The notes beneath the pieces were generated by a model, which ran no database searches, was not told where the DNA came from, and was given only the letters and a program-made list of their open reading frames with translations. From the NCBI GenBank assembly GCA_019694395.1, contig JAIBCC010000003.1:1-64000 (forward strand): a stretch of 64,000 bases of DNA, read 5' to 3'. Numbering within the stretch: the first letter of the stretch is position 1; each line of letters opens with the position of its first letter. The translations under genes and the position numbers were made by a program. Positions 47,532-57,354 of this stretch are shown piece after piece. This DNA is from Pyrinomonadaceae bacterium (lineage in GTDB: Bacteria; Acidobacteriota; Blastocatellia; Pyrinomonadales; Pyrinomonadaceae).

Positions 47532-47882
47532 TTACAATATACCGTTTTTGAATGGTTCAAGTTTGTCGCGGCTGGCGGCGAAAACTACTATACCGACGAC
47601 TGCGGCGGCGATTCCGACACCGATTAAAATTTTGGTCGAAGTTGAAAATCTACCGGCTTGGGCTTTTTGTTTACGGTAATCAGCTATTGTTTCTTTCTTT
47701 TCCAAATTCGGTTGGTTATCTTTTTTTAAAAAAGTTTCGCGTATCTTTTCGTTTTTGGTTTCATTGCTGACTGAAAAAGTTTGATTTTCGTCACTCATTT
47801 TAGCTTGGGCGTAAACGCTCGCACTCGAAGCAATGCTAAAAACCGAAACCATTAAAGCCAAAGTAATAATTTTCCTGAACAT
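47532..47882 (-). CDS. Small bitopic protein, tandem paralog 2
   Basis: 116 aa: MFRKIITLALMVSVFSIASSASVYAQA...ADYRKQKAQ...KILIGVGIAAAVVGIVVF. Colinear with 47033-47359. Confidence 0.55.
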   Translation of the reverse strand: MFRKIITLALMVSVFSIASSASVYAQAKMSDENQTFSVSNETKNEKIRETFLKKDNQPNLEKKETIADYRKQKAQAGRFSTSTKILIGVGIAAAVVGIVVFAASRDKLEPFKNGIL

Positions 47883-47979
47883 AATTTTTCTCCTTAGTTT
47901 TTAAGCAAAAATTGCTTTCTGATAATCAACGTGCAAAGTATTTGCAATTTGTATCAATTTTTTTTGCAAAAAGTTTTGA

Positions 47980-50900
47980 ATGACGGATAAAATCAGTATC
48001 AAGCGAATGAGCCATAGACTTGATAAAAGCCCCAACGCAGAAAATCCCGAATTTTTAGACGAAATGATTGGGCAAACTTTCGGCGTTTACCGGATAACCG
48101 GAGAAATCGGACGCGGCGGAATGGGCGTAGTTTATCTGGCGGAACGTGCTGATGGAGTTTTTCGGCAGGATGTTGCCATTAAATTTGTCAAACGCGGAAT
48201 GGATACGGACTCGATCCTCAAACGCTTTCGCAATGAACGGCAGATTCTAGCTTCACTCAATCATCCGAATGTAGCTTTGCTTTATGACGGCGGAACAACT
48301 GACAAAGGCTTGCCTTATTTTGTGATGGAATATGTGGCGGGCGAACCTCTTTATCAATATTGCGACCGAAGCAAATTGAATATCAGAGAACGTCTGAAAA
48401 TCTTCATTCAGGTTTGCGAAGCCGTTCACGCCGCCCATCAGATCAAGGTCGTTCATCGGGATTTAAAGCCCTCAAATATTCTGGTCAAAGCCGACGGCAC
48501 ACCAAAACTGCTTGATTTTGGAATCGCTAAACTACTTGATCCCGAACTTTCCGACATCACGATTGATCCGACCGCGACGCAAATGCGGATGATGACTCCT
48601 GAATACGCTTCGCCGGAACAGGTTATCGGCGGCGAAATCACTTTTGCTTCGGATATTTATAGTTTAGGCGTTTTGCTCTACGAATTGCTTTCGGGGCATC
48701 GTCCTTATCGTTTGAAAAATCGCTCACCTTATGAAGTCGCCCGCGTCATTTGCGAAGAATCACCCGAAAGTTTAAGCGAAAGTCTCAACAGCAAAGAATC
48801 CTTTTTAGAAAAAAGTGAAGTGCAGACGCTTGAAAAAGTTTTGGAAACGCGCGGCTCGGATTTATTTGAATTGCGTCAGGAGCTTTCGGGCGAGCTTGAG
48901 CAAATCGTGATGAACGCGCTTCATAAAAAGGCGGAAGACCGTTATCAAACTGCGCTTGAACTTGCTGAAGATGTGACGCTTTATCTGAAAGGCAAACCAA
49001 TTAAGAAAAAATATTCGCCTCAAACTTCGTCCACTAAAAATAATAAACCTTCGCTGGCAGTTTTACCTTTGAAAATAATCAGCGGTCATGTGAGCGAAGA
49101 TACAGGCGATCAATATTTAAGTGTCGGATTGGTAGATGCGTTGGTCACACGTCTGAGTCGGGTTGGCAGACTGATTATGCGTCCAACCAGTTCAATTTTG
49201 CGTTACAGTAATCACGAAAATCCTTTTGAAGTTGGTCGTGAACTCGGAGTCGAATTTATTGTTGACGGAAATATTCGATTTGTCGGTAATAGGATTCGGG
49301 TTACTGCACAGCTTCTCAACATTAAAGACCATTCGACGCATTGGGCGGAAAGTTTTGATGAGCAATTTACCGACGTTTTGGAAGTCGAAGATTCTTTAGC
49401 CGAAAAGATCGGGCAGTCTTTGATCTCTAAACTAACAGGCGAAGAAGAAAGGCAACTGGGCAGACGCGGCACAAATTCCGTCCAAGCCTACGAAGCGTAT
49501 TTGAAAGGTCGTTTTTACTGGAATCTGCAAACGGAAGAGGGTTTTGCCCGTGCGATCCAGTATTATCAACAAGCCGTTCAGCTTGATCCGAATTATGCTT
49601 TGGCTTATGCCGCGATTGCCGAATATTACATTTTTATCGGAATTCATTGCGTCATTCCATTTGCCCAAGGCTCAAGTGCCGCCAAACAAGCTGCTGAAAG
49701 AGCTATCCAAATTGATCCGACCTTGGCAGAAGGTTATGCCGCACTCGGTTTTGCCGCCATCGGTTTTGAACTTGATTGGGAGAAATCCGAAAGATTATTT
49801 CTTCAGGCAATAGAACTTAATCCGAATTCAATTACCGCAAATTTTTGGTATATCGCGGTTTTGACTCAATCAAGACGCTTTGACAAATCCATCGAGCAAC
49901 TAAAAATCGTGCTAGAACTGGATCCCGGCTCATTGTTGGCGGAACATATGGTGGCGTGGGTTTTGTATCATTCGCGCCGTTATGAAGAATCATCCGCAGC
50001 ATATTTGAAAATGCTCAAAGATGCGCCGAATTATGCCTGGGGATTACAAACATACAGTTGGGCATTGCGGCAACTCGGAAATTACAGTGAGGCAATTCAT
50101 TATGCTCAAAAAGCTGTTGATGTAACAGGTGAAAATCCGATGTATTTAACGGCTTTGGCAGCCGCCTATGCCGATGCGGGAGAATTGGGAAAAACCTGGG
50201 AGATAATGGCGCAACTTGATGAAATCGCCAAAACCCGTTTTGTTTCCGAATATATGATGGCTTTGGTTTATTGCGCTTTAGGGGATAAAGATAAGGCTTT
50301 TGAGTATCTGGAAAAATCTCTGGCGGCGCGTGACGGCTGGATGAATTGGCTCGGAGTCGAACCGCAATTAGATATTTTGCGAACCGATCCGCGTTACGAA
50401 GATTTGTTGCGCCGTTCGGGATTGCTTTTAGCCAAAACTCCTGATTCCGCCAATAACAAAAAACCAAAATCCATTGCCGTTTTGCCTTTGAAACTTTTCG
50501 GCACCCACACCGAGGACGAAGAATATTTAAGTTTAGGGTTGACCGATGCTCTGGTGACCCGTTTAAGCAATGTTCAGCGACTGACGGTGCGTCCGACTTC
50601 GAGTGTTTTGCCTTTTCAAAGTAGTGCAGAAAGTCCTTTTTCTGCCGGGGAAACCTTAAAAGTCGAATATGTAGTTGATGGAAATATCCGGCGGGTTGGC
50701 GAACGGGTGCGGGTGAGCTTGCAGCTTTTGGACATTATCAAAGGCTCAACCGCATGGGCAGAAAATTTTGATGAAAAATTCACCGATGTGCTTGAATTGG
50801 AAGACGTTATTTCCGAACGAGTGGTCAAAGTTTTATTGCCTAAACTAACCGGAGAAGAACGCCGCCGGTTAGAAAAACGCGGAACAAATAATGTTGAGGC

Positions 50901-53900
50901 GTATCAGGCTTATCTGCGCGGACGATATTTTGCCAATCAGTTTTCGGGTGAATCACTGCTCAAATCAATTGAATGTTATCGTCAGGCAATTCAGTTTGAT
51001 GCCAATTATGCACTGCCGCACGTCGGGATTGCCGATTTTTATGTTTGGTCAGCGGTTTTTGGGGAACTGCCGGCACATGAGGCTTATCCGAAGGCAAAAA
51101 CCGAGATCGAACAAGCCTTGAACATTGATGATTCATTGGGCGAAGCCTACGCGATCAAAGCTTTTATCACTCTGCTTTATGATTGGAATTGGGCGGAAGC
51201 CGAACGGCTCGTCAAACGTTCTCTGGAACTCAATCCGAATTTTGGTTTTGCTCACGAATGTTACTCGAATTTCTTTTCAACACAGGGAATTGTTGACGAA
51301 GCAGTGCTCGAGATCAAACGAGCCGAAGAGCTTGATCCGCTTTCTCCGCGAGCAAAATTGATGACGGCGTGGACTTTTTGTATTACCCGACGTTTTTCTG
51401 AATCCATCGCCAAGTCAAGCGAAGCCAACAATATGCAGGAAAATTTCGCCCAAGGCTTGCTGCATCTCGGCTATGCCCAAATCCATAATGGTCAGATTAA
51501 AGAGGCAATTAAAAATTTACGTCGTGCCACCGAAGCCTGGGTTGGCGGCGCGATGCCGAAGTTTATGCTGTGCTTTGCTTTAGCCGCTGACAATAATTAC
51601 GAAGATGCCCGCAAAGTTTTGGCTGAAATTAAAAGTTTAGGCGAAAAAGGGTATCTCAAACCCTATTATCTCGGAATGGCTTATGCCGCTGTCGGTGAAA
51701 ATGATTTGGCGTTTGAATGGTTTGAAAAATCGCTTGAGGCGCGTGATGAATGGATGATTTGGTTCGGTGTTGACGCAAGTTTGGATAAATTGAGAAAAGA
51801 CCCTCGCTATCTGGATATTTTGCGAAGGACAAATAATCCGATCTATGTAAAACAAACTAAGGAAAGTGAGCCGATAACTGCCGAACGCGCCAAATCAATC
51901 GCTGTTTTACCCTTAAAAGCATTCAGCATAGGTTCAAGCGAAGATGAATATTTAAGCCTCGGATTGACCGATGCACTGATTACCCGATTGAGTAATGTTC
52001 AGCGTTTGACCGTTCGCCCGACTTCCAGCGTTTTGCAGTTTCAAGCTCAAACTGTCAATCCTTTTTCCGCCGGACGCGACTTGAAGGTTGAATATGTGGT
52101 TGACGGAAACATCCGGCGGGTTGGCGAAATGATTCGCGTCAGTATCCAACTTTTAAGGCTGGCGGACGAAAAATCAGTTTGGGCAAAGAGTTTTGACGAA
52201 AAACTTACAGACGTTCTGGAATTGGAAGACTCGATTTCCGAACAGGTTACAAAAGCTTTGATCCCGCGTTTGACAACCACCGAACAGCGCAAACTTTCGC
52301 GCCGTGAAACGAATAATGCAGAAGCCTATCAAGCTTATTTACGAGGCAGATATTTTTGGAATTCTTTTACGCCCGAAACCTTTCCGCGTGCGCTCGAATC
52401 TTTTGAAAAAGCCGTCGAACTCGATCCTGAATATGCGCTGGCTTATGTTGGAATCGCCGATTATTACAATTGGGCAACGATCTTCGGTTTTTATACGCCT
52501 CGCGTCGGTTATCAAAAAACAAAAGGGGCGGTGCTTCGTGCGTTGGAAATTGACGACCAATTAGCCGAAGCAATTGCGGTTTTAGCCTTCATTACGGCTT
52601 TTTCCGAATATAATTGGGCGGAGGCGGAAAGATTGATCAAACGTTCGCTCGAATTGAATCCGAATTACAGCTTAACTCACGAATGGTATGCGGCAATGTT
52701 GGCGGGAACTGGACGCAATGATGAGGCTTATCAGGAAATTATGGCTTCGCTAGGGCTTGATCCGCTTTCTCTGCGGGCTGTAACTTTAACCGCCTGGACG
52801 CTTTACCAGATTCGTCGTTATCCTGAAGCACTTGCCAAAGCCGAAGAAATTTTAATGATGAACCCGACCTATTATCAAGGATTTTTTCAGCGCGGAAATG
52901 TTTTAAGTGAAATAGGACGAGTGGAAGAAGCAATTGAAGCCGGACGGAGAGGAATGGCGCTGGCTCCGAATCTCGGCTATATGTATTACAAAACGTGTTT
53001 TGCTCTGGCATCGCTCAACCGTTACGAAGAGGCTTGGGAACTTTTAAGAGAATTTGAGGCAATCTCGCCCTCACCGGAAATAGATTCGTATCATTTGGGA
53101 ATGTGTTATGCCGCTGTCGGGGAACGCGAAACGGCTTTCAAATGGCTCAATCAAGCTGTCGAAGACCGTCATCCGTGGAATGTCTGGTTGGCAACCGATG
53201 CAAAATTAGACGCATTGCGCGATGATGAAAGATTTAACGAGCTGATGCGAAAAAGTAATCGCCCGCATTTGGTTCGGAAAGTCAGTGCGCCAAAAAAATT
53301 GGATAGCTCTCAAACACTGGCAGTTTTGCCTTTAAAAGTAAATTCACTGAGTAAAGAGGGTGACACTGAGGAAAGATTTTTAGGAGTCGGGTTGACCGAT
53401 GCGCTGATTACTCGGCTTTCCAAAACCAAAGAACTTATCGTTCGTCCGACGAGTTCAATCTTACGCTTTGAGGAAACAAAAGACGCTTTTGCGGCGGGAC
53501 GCGAGCTTGACGTTAAATTTGTTCTCAATGGCAGTATCAGGCGTATTGGTGAACGTGTTCGTGTTTCAGTCCAGCTTTTGGACATCGAACAGAACTCAAC
53601 CAATTGGGCAGAGAATTTTGACGAAAAATATACGGATATTCTCGAACTCGAAGATTCGATCTCCGAGCAGGTGACAATTGCTCTTATTCCGCAATTGACA
53701 ACGGGTGAAAAGCATAGGATTTCGCGCCGTGAAACCGATAATCTCCAAGCTCACGAAGCATACCTGCGCGGGCGTTATCATTGGAATCAATTTACGGCAG
53801 AGTCTTTGCTGAAAGCCTCAAACGCATTTGAAACAGCCGTCAAACTTGATCCGAATTACGCTCTGCCTTATGTCGGACTGGCGGATTATTACATCTGGGC

Positions 53901-54693
53901 AAATATTTACGGACTGATTCCGTCAAAAGAAGCTAATGCCGAAGCCGAAAAATATGCCCGAAAAGCTGTTGAATTAGACGAAAACTTAGGCGAAGCTTAT
54001 GCCACGCTCGGTTTGATCAGCCACAACCGCAAAAATTGGGCTGAAGCCGAAAAAATAAAATTAAAAGCTATAAAACTTGCACCAAATTATGTTCACGCTC
54101 GTGAGTGGTATTCGGCTCAATTAAGAGGTTTGGGCAGAGATGTGGAAGCAGACCGTGAAATTTTGCTGACCGAACAGCTTGATCCGCTTTCGCGCCGCAC
54201 CAAAACTCAAGTCGCCTGGATCTTTTATCAAGGACATAAATTTAAAGAAACGTTCAGACGCGGACAGGAAATCATCGAACTGGACAAAAATTATCCGACC
54301 GGCTATATGCAAATCGCCGTTGCGCTGTGGGGAATGAAACGATTTGATGAAGCCTTACCGCACTTTCGGAAATTTAATGAACTGATTCCCGATTCAATTT
54401 TGCCGGTTTATCTGCTTTGTTTCGGATTAGTCAAAGCCGGAGAAATCGAAGAAGCCCGACAGGTTTTGGAGAAACTTAAAAATGAATCACAAACCAATTA
54501 CGTAAAACCATATTTCCTGGCAATGGCTTATACGGCACTTGGCAATTTTGATGAGGCTGTTCCGCTCTTTCAGCAATCAATAGACGAAGATTGTCCGTGG
54601 ATGATGTGGTTTGCAACAGAACCAATGCTGGCGGATTTTCGCAAAGATTCAAGGTTTCAGGAATTATTTGCTCAAATGAAACATCCTAAGTAA
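47980..54693 (+). CDS. Giant Ser/Thr protein kinase (2237 aa) with four tandem ~475-aa (TolB_N-like + TPR) modules
   Basis: Kinase domain: GxGxxG (GRGGMGVVY), VAIK, HRDLKPSNIL, DFGIAK, TPEYASPE. The motif (S/K)(L/I)AVLPLK ... LSxGLxDALxTRLS ... VRPTSS recurs at nt ~49057, ~50473, ~51901 and ~53321. Each occurrence is followed by a TPR-like region (AYxAYLRGRY..., LDPNYALxYVGxADYY...). Confidence 0.85.
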   Translation: MTDKISIKRMSHRLDKSPNAENPEFLDEMIGQTFGVYRITGEIGRGGMGVVYLAERADGVFRQDVAIKFVKRGMDTDSILKRFRNERQILASLNHPNVALLYDGGTTDKGLPYFVMEYVAGEPLYQYCDRSKLNIRERLKIFIQVCEAVHAAHQIKVVHRDLKPSNILVKADGTPKLLDFGIAKLLDPELSDITIDPTATQMRMMTPEYASPEQVIGGEITFASDIYSLGVLLYELLSGHRPYRLKNRSPYEVARVICEESPESLSESLNSKESFLEKSEVQTLEKVLETRGSDLFELRQELSGELEQIVMNALHKKAEDRYQTALELAEDVTLYLKGKPIKKKYSPQTSSTKNNKPSLAVLPLKIISGHVSEDTGDQYLSVGLVDALVTRLSRVGRLIMRPTSSILRYSNHENPFEVGRELGVEFIVDGNIRFVGNRIRVTAQLLNIKDHSTHWAESFDEQFTDVLEVEDSLAEKIGQSLISKLTGEEERQLGRRGTNSVQAYEAYLKGRFYWNLQTEEGFARAIQYYQQAVQLDPNYALAYAAIAEYYIFIGIHCVIPFAQGSSAAKQAAERAIQIDPTLAEGYAALGFAAIGFELDWEKSERLFLQAIELNPNSITANFWYIAVLTQSRRFDKSIEQLKIVLELDPGSLLAEHMVAWVLYHSRRYEESSAAYLKMLKDAPNYAWGLQTYSWALRQLGNYSEAIHYAQKAVDVTGENPMYLTALAAAYADAGELGKTWEIMAQLDEIAKTRFVSEYMMALVYCALGDKDKAFEYLEKSLAARDGWMNWLGVEPQLDILRTDPRYEDLLRRSGLLLAKTPDSANNKKPKSIAVLPLKLFGTHTEDEEYLSLGLTDALVTRLSNVQRLTVRPTSSVLPFQSSAESPFSAGETLKVEYVVDGNIRRVGERVRVSLQLLDIIKGSTAWAENFDEKFTDVLELEDVISERVVKVLLPKLTGEERRRLEKRGTNNVEAYQAYLRGRYFANQFSGESLLKSIECYRQAIQFDANYALPHVGIADFYVWSAVFGELPAHEAYPKAKTEIEQALNIDDSLGEAYAIKAFITLLYDWNWAEAERLVKRSLELNPNFGFAHECYSNFFSTQGIVDEAVLEIKRAEELDPLSPRAKLMTAWTFCITRRFSESIAKSSEANNMQENFAQGLLHLGYAQIHNGQIKEAIKNLRRATEAWVGGAMPKFMLCFALAADNNYEDARKVLAEIKSLGEKGYLKPYYLGMAYAAVGENDLAFEWFEKSLEARDEWMIWFGVDASLDKLRKDPRYLDILRRTNNPIYVKQTKESEPITAERAKSIAVLPLKAFSIGSSEDEYLSLGLTDALITRLSNVQRLTVRPTSSVLQFQAQTVNPFSAGRDLKVEYVVDGNIRRVGEMIRVSIQLLRLADEKSVWAKSFDEKLTDVLELEDSISEQVTKALIPRLTTTEQRKLSRRETNNAEAYQAYLRGRYFWNSFTPETFPRALESFEKAVELDPEYALAYVGIADYYNWATIFGFYTPRVGYQKTKGAVLRALEIDDQLAEAIAVLAFITAFSEYNWAEAERLIKRSLELNPNYSLTHEWYAAMLAGTGRNDEAYQEIMASLGLDPLSLRAVTLTAWTLYQIRRYPEALAKAEEILMMNPTYYQGFFQRGNVLSEIGRVEEAIEAGRRGMALAPNLGYMYYKTCFALASLNRYEEAWELLREFEAISPSPEIDSYHLGMCYAAVGERETAFKWLNQAVEDRHPWNVWLATDAKLDALRDDERFNELMRKSNRPHLVRKVSAPKKLDSSQTLAVLPLKVNSLSKEGDTEERFLGVGLTDALITRLSKTKELIVRPTSSILRFEETKDAFAAGRELDVKFVLNGSIRRIGERVRVSVQLLDIEQNSTNWAENFDEKYTDILELEDSISEQVTIALIPQLTTGEKHRISRRETDNLQAHEAYLRGRYHWNQFTAESLLKASNAFETAVKLDPNYALPYVGLADYYIWANIYGLIPSKEANAEAEKYARKAVELDENLGEAYATLGLISHNRKNWAEAEKIKLKAIKLAPNYVHAREWYSAQLRGLGRDVEADREILLTEQLDPLSRRTKTQVAWIFYQGHKFKETFRRGQEIIELDKNYPTGYMQIAVALWGMKRFDEALPHFRKFNELIPDSILPVYLLCFGLVKAGEIEEARQVLEKLKNESQTNYVKPYFLAMAYTALGNFDEAVPLFQQSIDEDCPWMMWFATEPMLADFRKDSRFQELFAQMKHPK

Positions 54694-54788
54694 TCCTTTT
54701 TCAAAATAACTAAATTTTGAGTGATTAGAATCACAGTTATTAATCTGCCTCTTCTTTAAGATAGAAAGTCATTAGTTGGGGGAATAAT

Positions 54789-56423
54789 ATGACTTTCCTG
54801 AAAACAGATCTAACCACCCAAACCGACCTGAAAGAACACGGAACAGGAACAGGTGCAACCCGAAACAAAAAACCGTTTTATGTAGATTTTTTTCCGCCCT
54901 GCAATAATGCTTGTCCGGCGGGCGAAAATATCCAATCTTGGCTTGCTTTGGCTCAAGAAGGTAAACATTTCGAGGCTTGGGCGAAATTAACTGAAGAAAA
55001 CCCGATGCCCGCGATTCACGGACGAGTTTGCTATCATCCGTGTGAAACGGCTTGCAATCGCGGCGAATTGGATAGTTCCGTCAGTATTCACGCCGTCGAA
55101 AGATTTTTGGGCGATTTGGCGATTGAAAAAGGCTGGCAATTTAATAAGTCAAACAAGCAGACACGCAAACGAATTTTGGTAATTGGTGCAGGTCCGAGCG
55201 GACTTTCGGCGGCGTATCATCTTGCGCGTATAGGTCATGATGTCAGCATTTACGAAGCCGGATCGATTGCGGGCGGAATGATGAATTTCGGGATTCCCGC
55301 GTATCGTCTGCCGCGAAATATTTTGCAAGCCGAAATTAAGCGCATCGAAGAAATGGGCGTAGAAATTCGTTTGAATTATAAAGTTACGGACGTTCTCGCC
55401 GAAAAAGATGCGGGCGGTTTCGATGCCGTTTTTATTGCGATTGGAGCACATATCGGCAAGAAAACGGCGATTCCCGCACGCGAAGCAGGTAAGATTCTCG
55501 ACGCTGTTTCGTTTTTGAAAGATGTTGAGCTTGGAAATGCTCCGCAGATCGGTCGCCGCGTGGCGATTTACGGCGGCGGAAATACGGCGATGGACGCAGC
55601 TCGGACGGCGAAACGGCTCGGTGTGGAAGAAGCCTTGATCATTTACCGACGTGACCGTGAACACATGCCCGCACACGATTTTGAAGCCGATGAAGCCTTG
55701 AGCGAAGGTATCAAAATCCATTGGTTGCGCACGATCAAAAATCTCGATTCAACTTCGATGACGGTCGAAAAAATGGACATCGTTGACGGCAGACCTGTTC
55801 CGACTGGCGAATTTGAAACGCTCGAAGCAGATTCGCTGATTCTCGCTCTCGGACAAGATACCGAAACCGACTTTTTGAAGGGAATTAACGGAATCGAATT
55901 TCAGTCTGACGGAACGGTAGTGGTTAATTCACAAATGATGACCGGATACGACGGAATTTTCGCGGGTGGCGATATGGTTCCGAGCGAACGAACCGTGACG
56001 ATTGCGACCGGACACGGCAAAAAAGCGGCTCGCAATATTGACGCTTGGCTCAATGGAAAATCCTTTGAAAAAGCTCCGAATAATCCTTTGATTCCGATTG
56101 AAAAACTGCACGTTTGGTATCGGACGAATGCGGCGGCAAAACCGCAAAGTCATTTAGAACCTGAAGTTGCGTCGCATAATTTTGAAGAAATCGTCGCGGG
56201 TTACTCGCCCGAAGAAGCTCAATATGAAGCTCAGCGTTGTCTTTCGTGCGGAAACTGTTTCGAGTGCGACGGCTGTTTCGGTGCTTGTCCCGAAGACGCG
56301 ATCATCAAGCTCGGAAAAGGTAAACGCTATAAATTTAACTACAAACTTTGCACCGGCTGTGGAGTTTGCTTTGAACAATGTCCGTGCCACGCCATTGATA
56401 TGGTCGCGGAAACGGCAGCCTAG
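54789..56423 (+). CDS. GltD-like (glutamate-synthase small-subunit family) FAD/NAD(P) oxidoreductase with N-terminal Fe-S region and C-terminal 2x[4Fe-4S] ferredoxin domain
   Basis: CNNACPAGENIQ...VCYHPCETACNRG (GltD-type Fe-S N-domain), ILVIGAGPSGLSAAYHLA and VAIYGGGNTAMD (two Rossmann motifs), then CLSCGNCFECDGCFGACP and CTGCGVCFEQCPC. Confidence 0.75.
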   Translation: MTFLKTDLTTQTDLKEHGTGTGATRNKKPFYVDFFPPCNNACPAGENIQSWLALAQEGKHFEAWAKLTEENPMPAIHGRVCYHPCETACNRGELDSSVSIHAVERFLGDLAIEKGWQFNKSNKQTRKRILVIGAGPSGLSAAYHLARIGHDVSIYEAGSIAGGMMNFGIPAYRLPRNILQAEIKRIEEMGVEIRLNYKVTDVLAEKDAGGFDAVFIAIGAHIGKKTAIPAREAGKILDAVSFLKDVELGNAPQIGRRVAIYGGGNTAMDAARTAKRLGVEEALIIYRRDREHMPAHDFEADEALSEGIKIHWLRTIKNLDSTSMTVEKMDIVDGRPVPTGEFETLEADSLILALGQDTETDFLKGINGIEFQSDGTVVVNSQMMTGYDGIFAGGDMVPSERTVTIATGHGKKAARNIDAWLNGKSFEKAPNNPLIPIEKLHVWYRTNAAAKPQSHLEPEVASHNFEEIVAGYSPEEAQYEAQRCLSCGNCFECDGCFGACPEDAIIKLGKGKRYKFNYKLCTGCGVCFEQCPCHAIDMVAETAA

Positions 56424-56440
56424 TTGATTTCTAGAACCGG

Positions 56441-57349
56441 ATGAATAAATTACCCAAAAATCAAATTGTCGGTTGGATCGCTGTGGCGTTATCTACTGTG
56501 ATCGCTTGCATTTGGGCATTTTGGGGAATTATTGAAAATTTTCACGAAGGCTGGTTTCACGAATCATTTTTAATGAATATCGGGCTTTTGCTCATTCAAT
56601 ATCTCAGCCCAATGTTTATTTTTGTGTTTTTGTGTTTACTCGGCTTAACCTATCCGCGAATCGGCGGTGTTGCCCACGCACTTATCGGGATCGTTTTGGC
56701 TTCGGTTCTTTTCGATTGGGAAGATGCCGTCGCAATGCAGTTGATAATTATTCCGATGGTTTTGCTCGGAATTTTCTATTGGTTCGGTCGTCCGCAGCCG
56801 CTTCGGTTTGCTTATGGAATTGCGGTTGGATTGCCGCTTCTTACTTTGATAGTTTGCGGTATCGAACCGATTTGGCGTGTCGCCGGAAGACTCAATGACG
56901 GGAATTTGGGCGAGCGTTTGATTGAAGGAAACGGTGTGCGGCTCGTTTGGGCAGCTGAAGGAAACGGCTGGACTCGTGAAGGCGTGAATTGGCAGGAAGC
57001 GGTCAAACGCTGTCAAAATCTGGCGGAAGACGGGCAGACTTTGAAAGATGTTCCGCAAAATATCTGGCGATTGCCGACTGTTGACGAAGCCGTTCGCTCA
57101 ATGTCGCGTCACGGAGTCAACAGCGGCGGAACTTGGGACGAACAAACAAAAACGGCAAAATACAACGTCCGTCCCGACAAAGAATCTCCGCTCTGGAACG
57201 TTTATTCGCAGGTAATTTATTGGTGGACGGCGAATGAAATTGATGAAAATAATGCTTACATCATCGTTTACGACGGAAAAGTTTGGTCAAGAAATAAGCG
57301 ATTCGGTCCGGCAAGTTTGGGTTACAGATGTGTAAAACCCTTAAAGTAA
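56441..57349 (+). CDS. Membrane protein with five N-terminal TM helices and C-terminal DUF1566 (Lcl C-terminal-like) domain
   Basis: Hydrophobic N-terminal half. The C-terminal domain carries the DUF1566 hallmark WRLPTVDEA. Confidence 0.5.
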   Translation: MNKLPKNQIVGWIAVALSTVIACIWAFWGIIENFHEGWFHESFLMNIGLLLIQYLSPMFIFVFLCLLGLTYPRIGGVAHALIGIVLASVLFDWEDAVAMQLIIIPMVLLGIFYWFGRPQPLRFAYGIAVGLPLLTLIVCGIEPIWRVAGRLNDGNLGERLIEGNGVRLVWAAEGNGWTREGVNWQEAVKRCQNLAEDGQTLKDVPQNIWRLPTVDEAVRSMSRHGVNSGGTWDEQTKTAKYNVRPDKESPLWNVYSQVIYWWTANEIDENNAYIIVYDGKVWSRNKRFGPASLGYRCVKPLK

Positions 57350-57354
57350 GAAAT

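Noticed and set aside
54694-54789. Short palindrome tgatt-ag-aatca upstream of the GltD-like gene as an operator
   Set aside because: Only 5-bp arms, which is expected by chance in AT-rich DNA.
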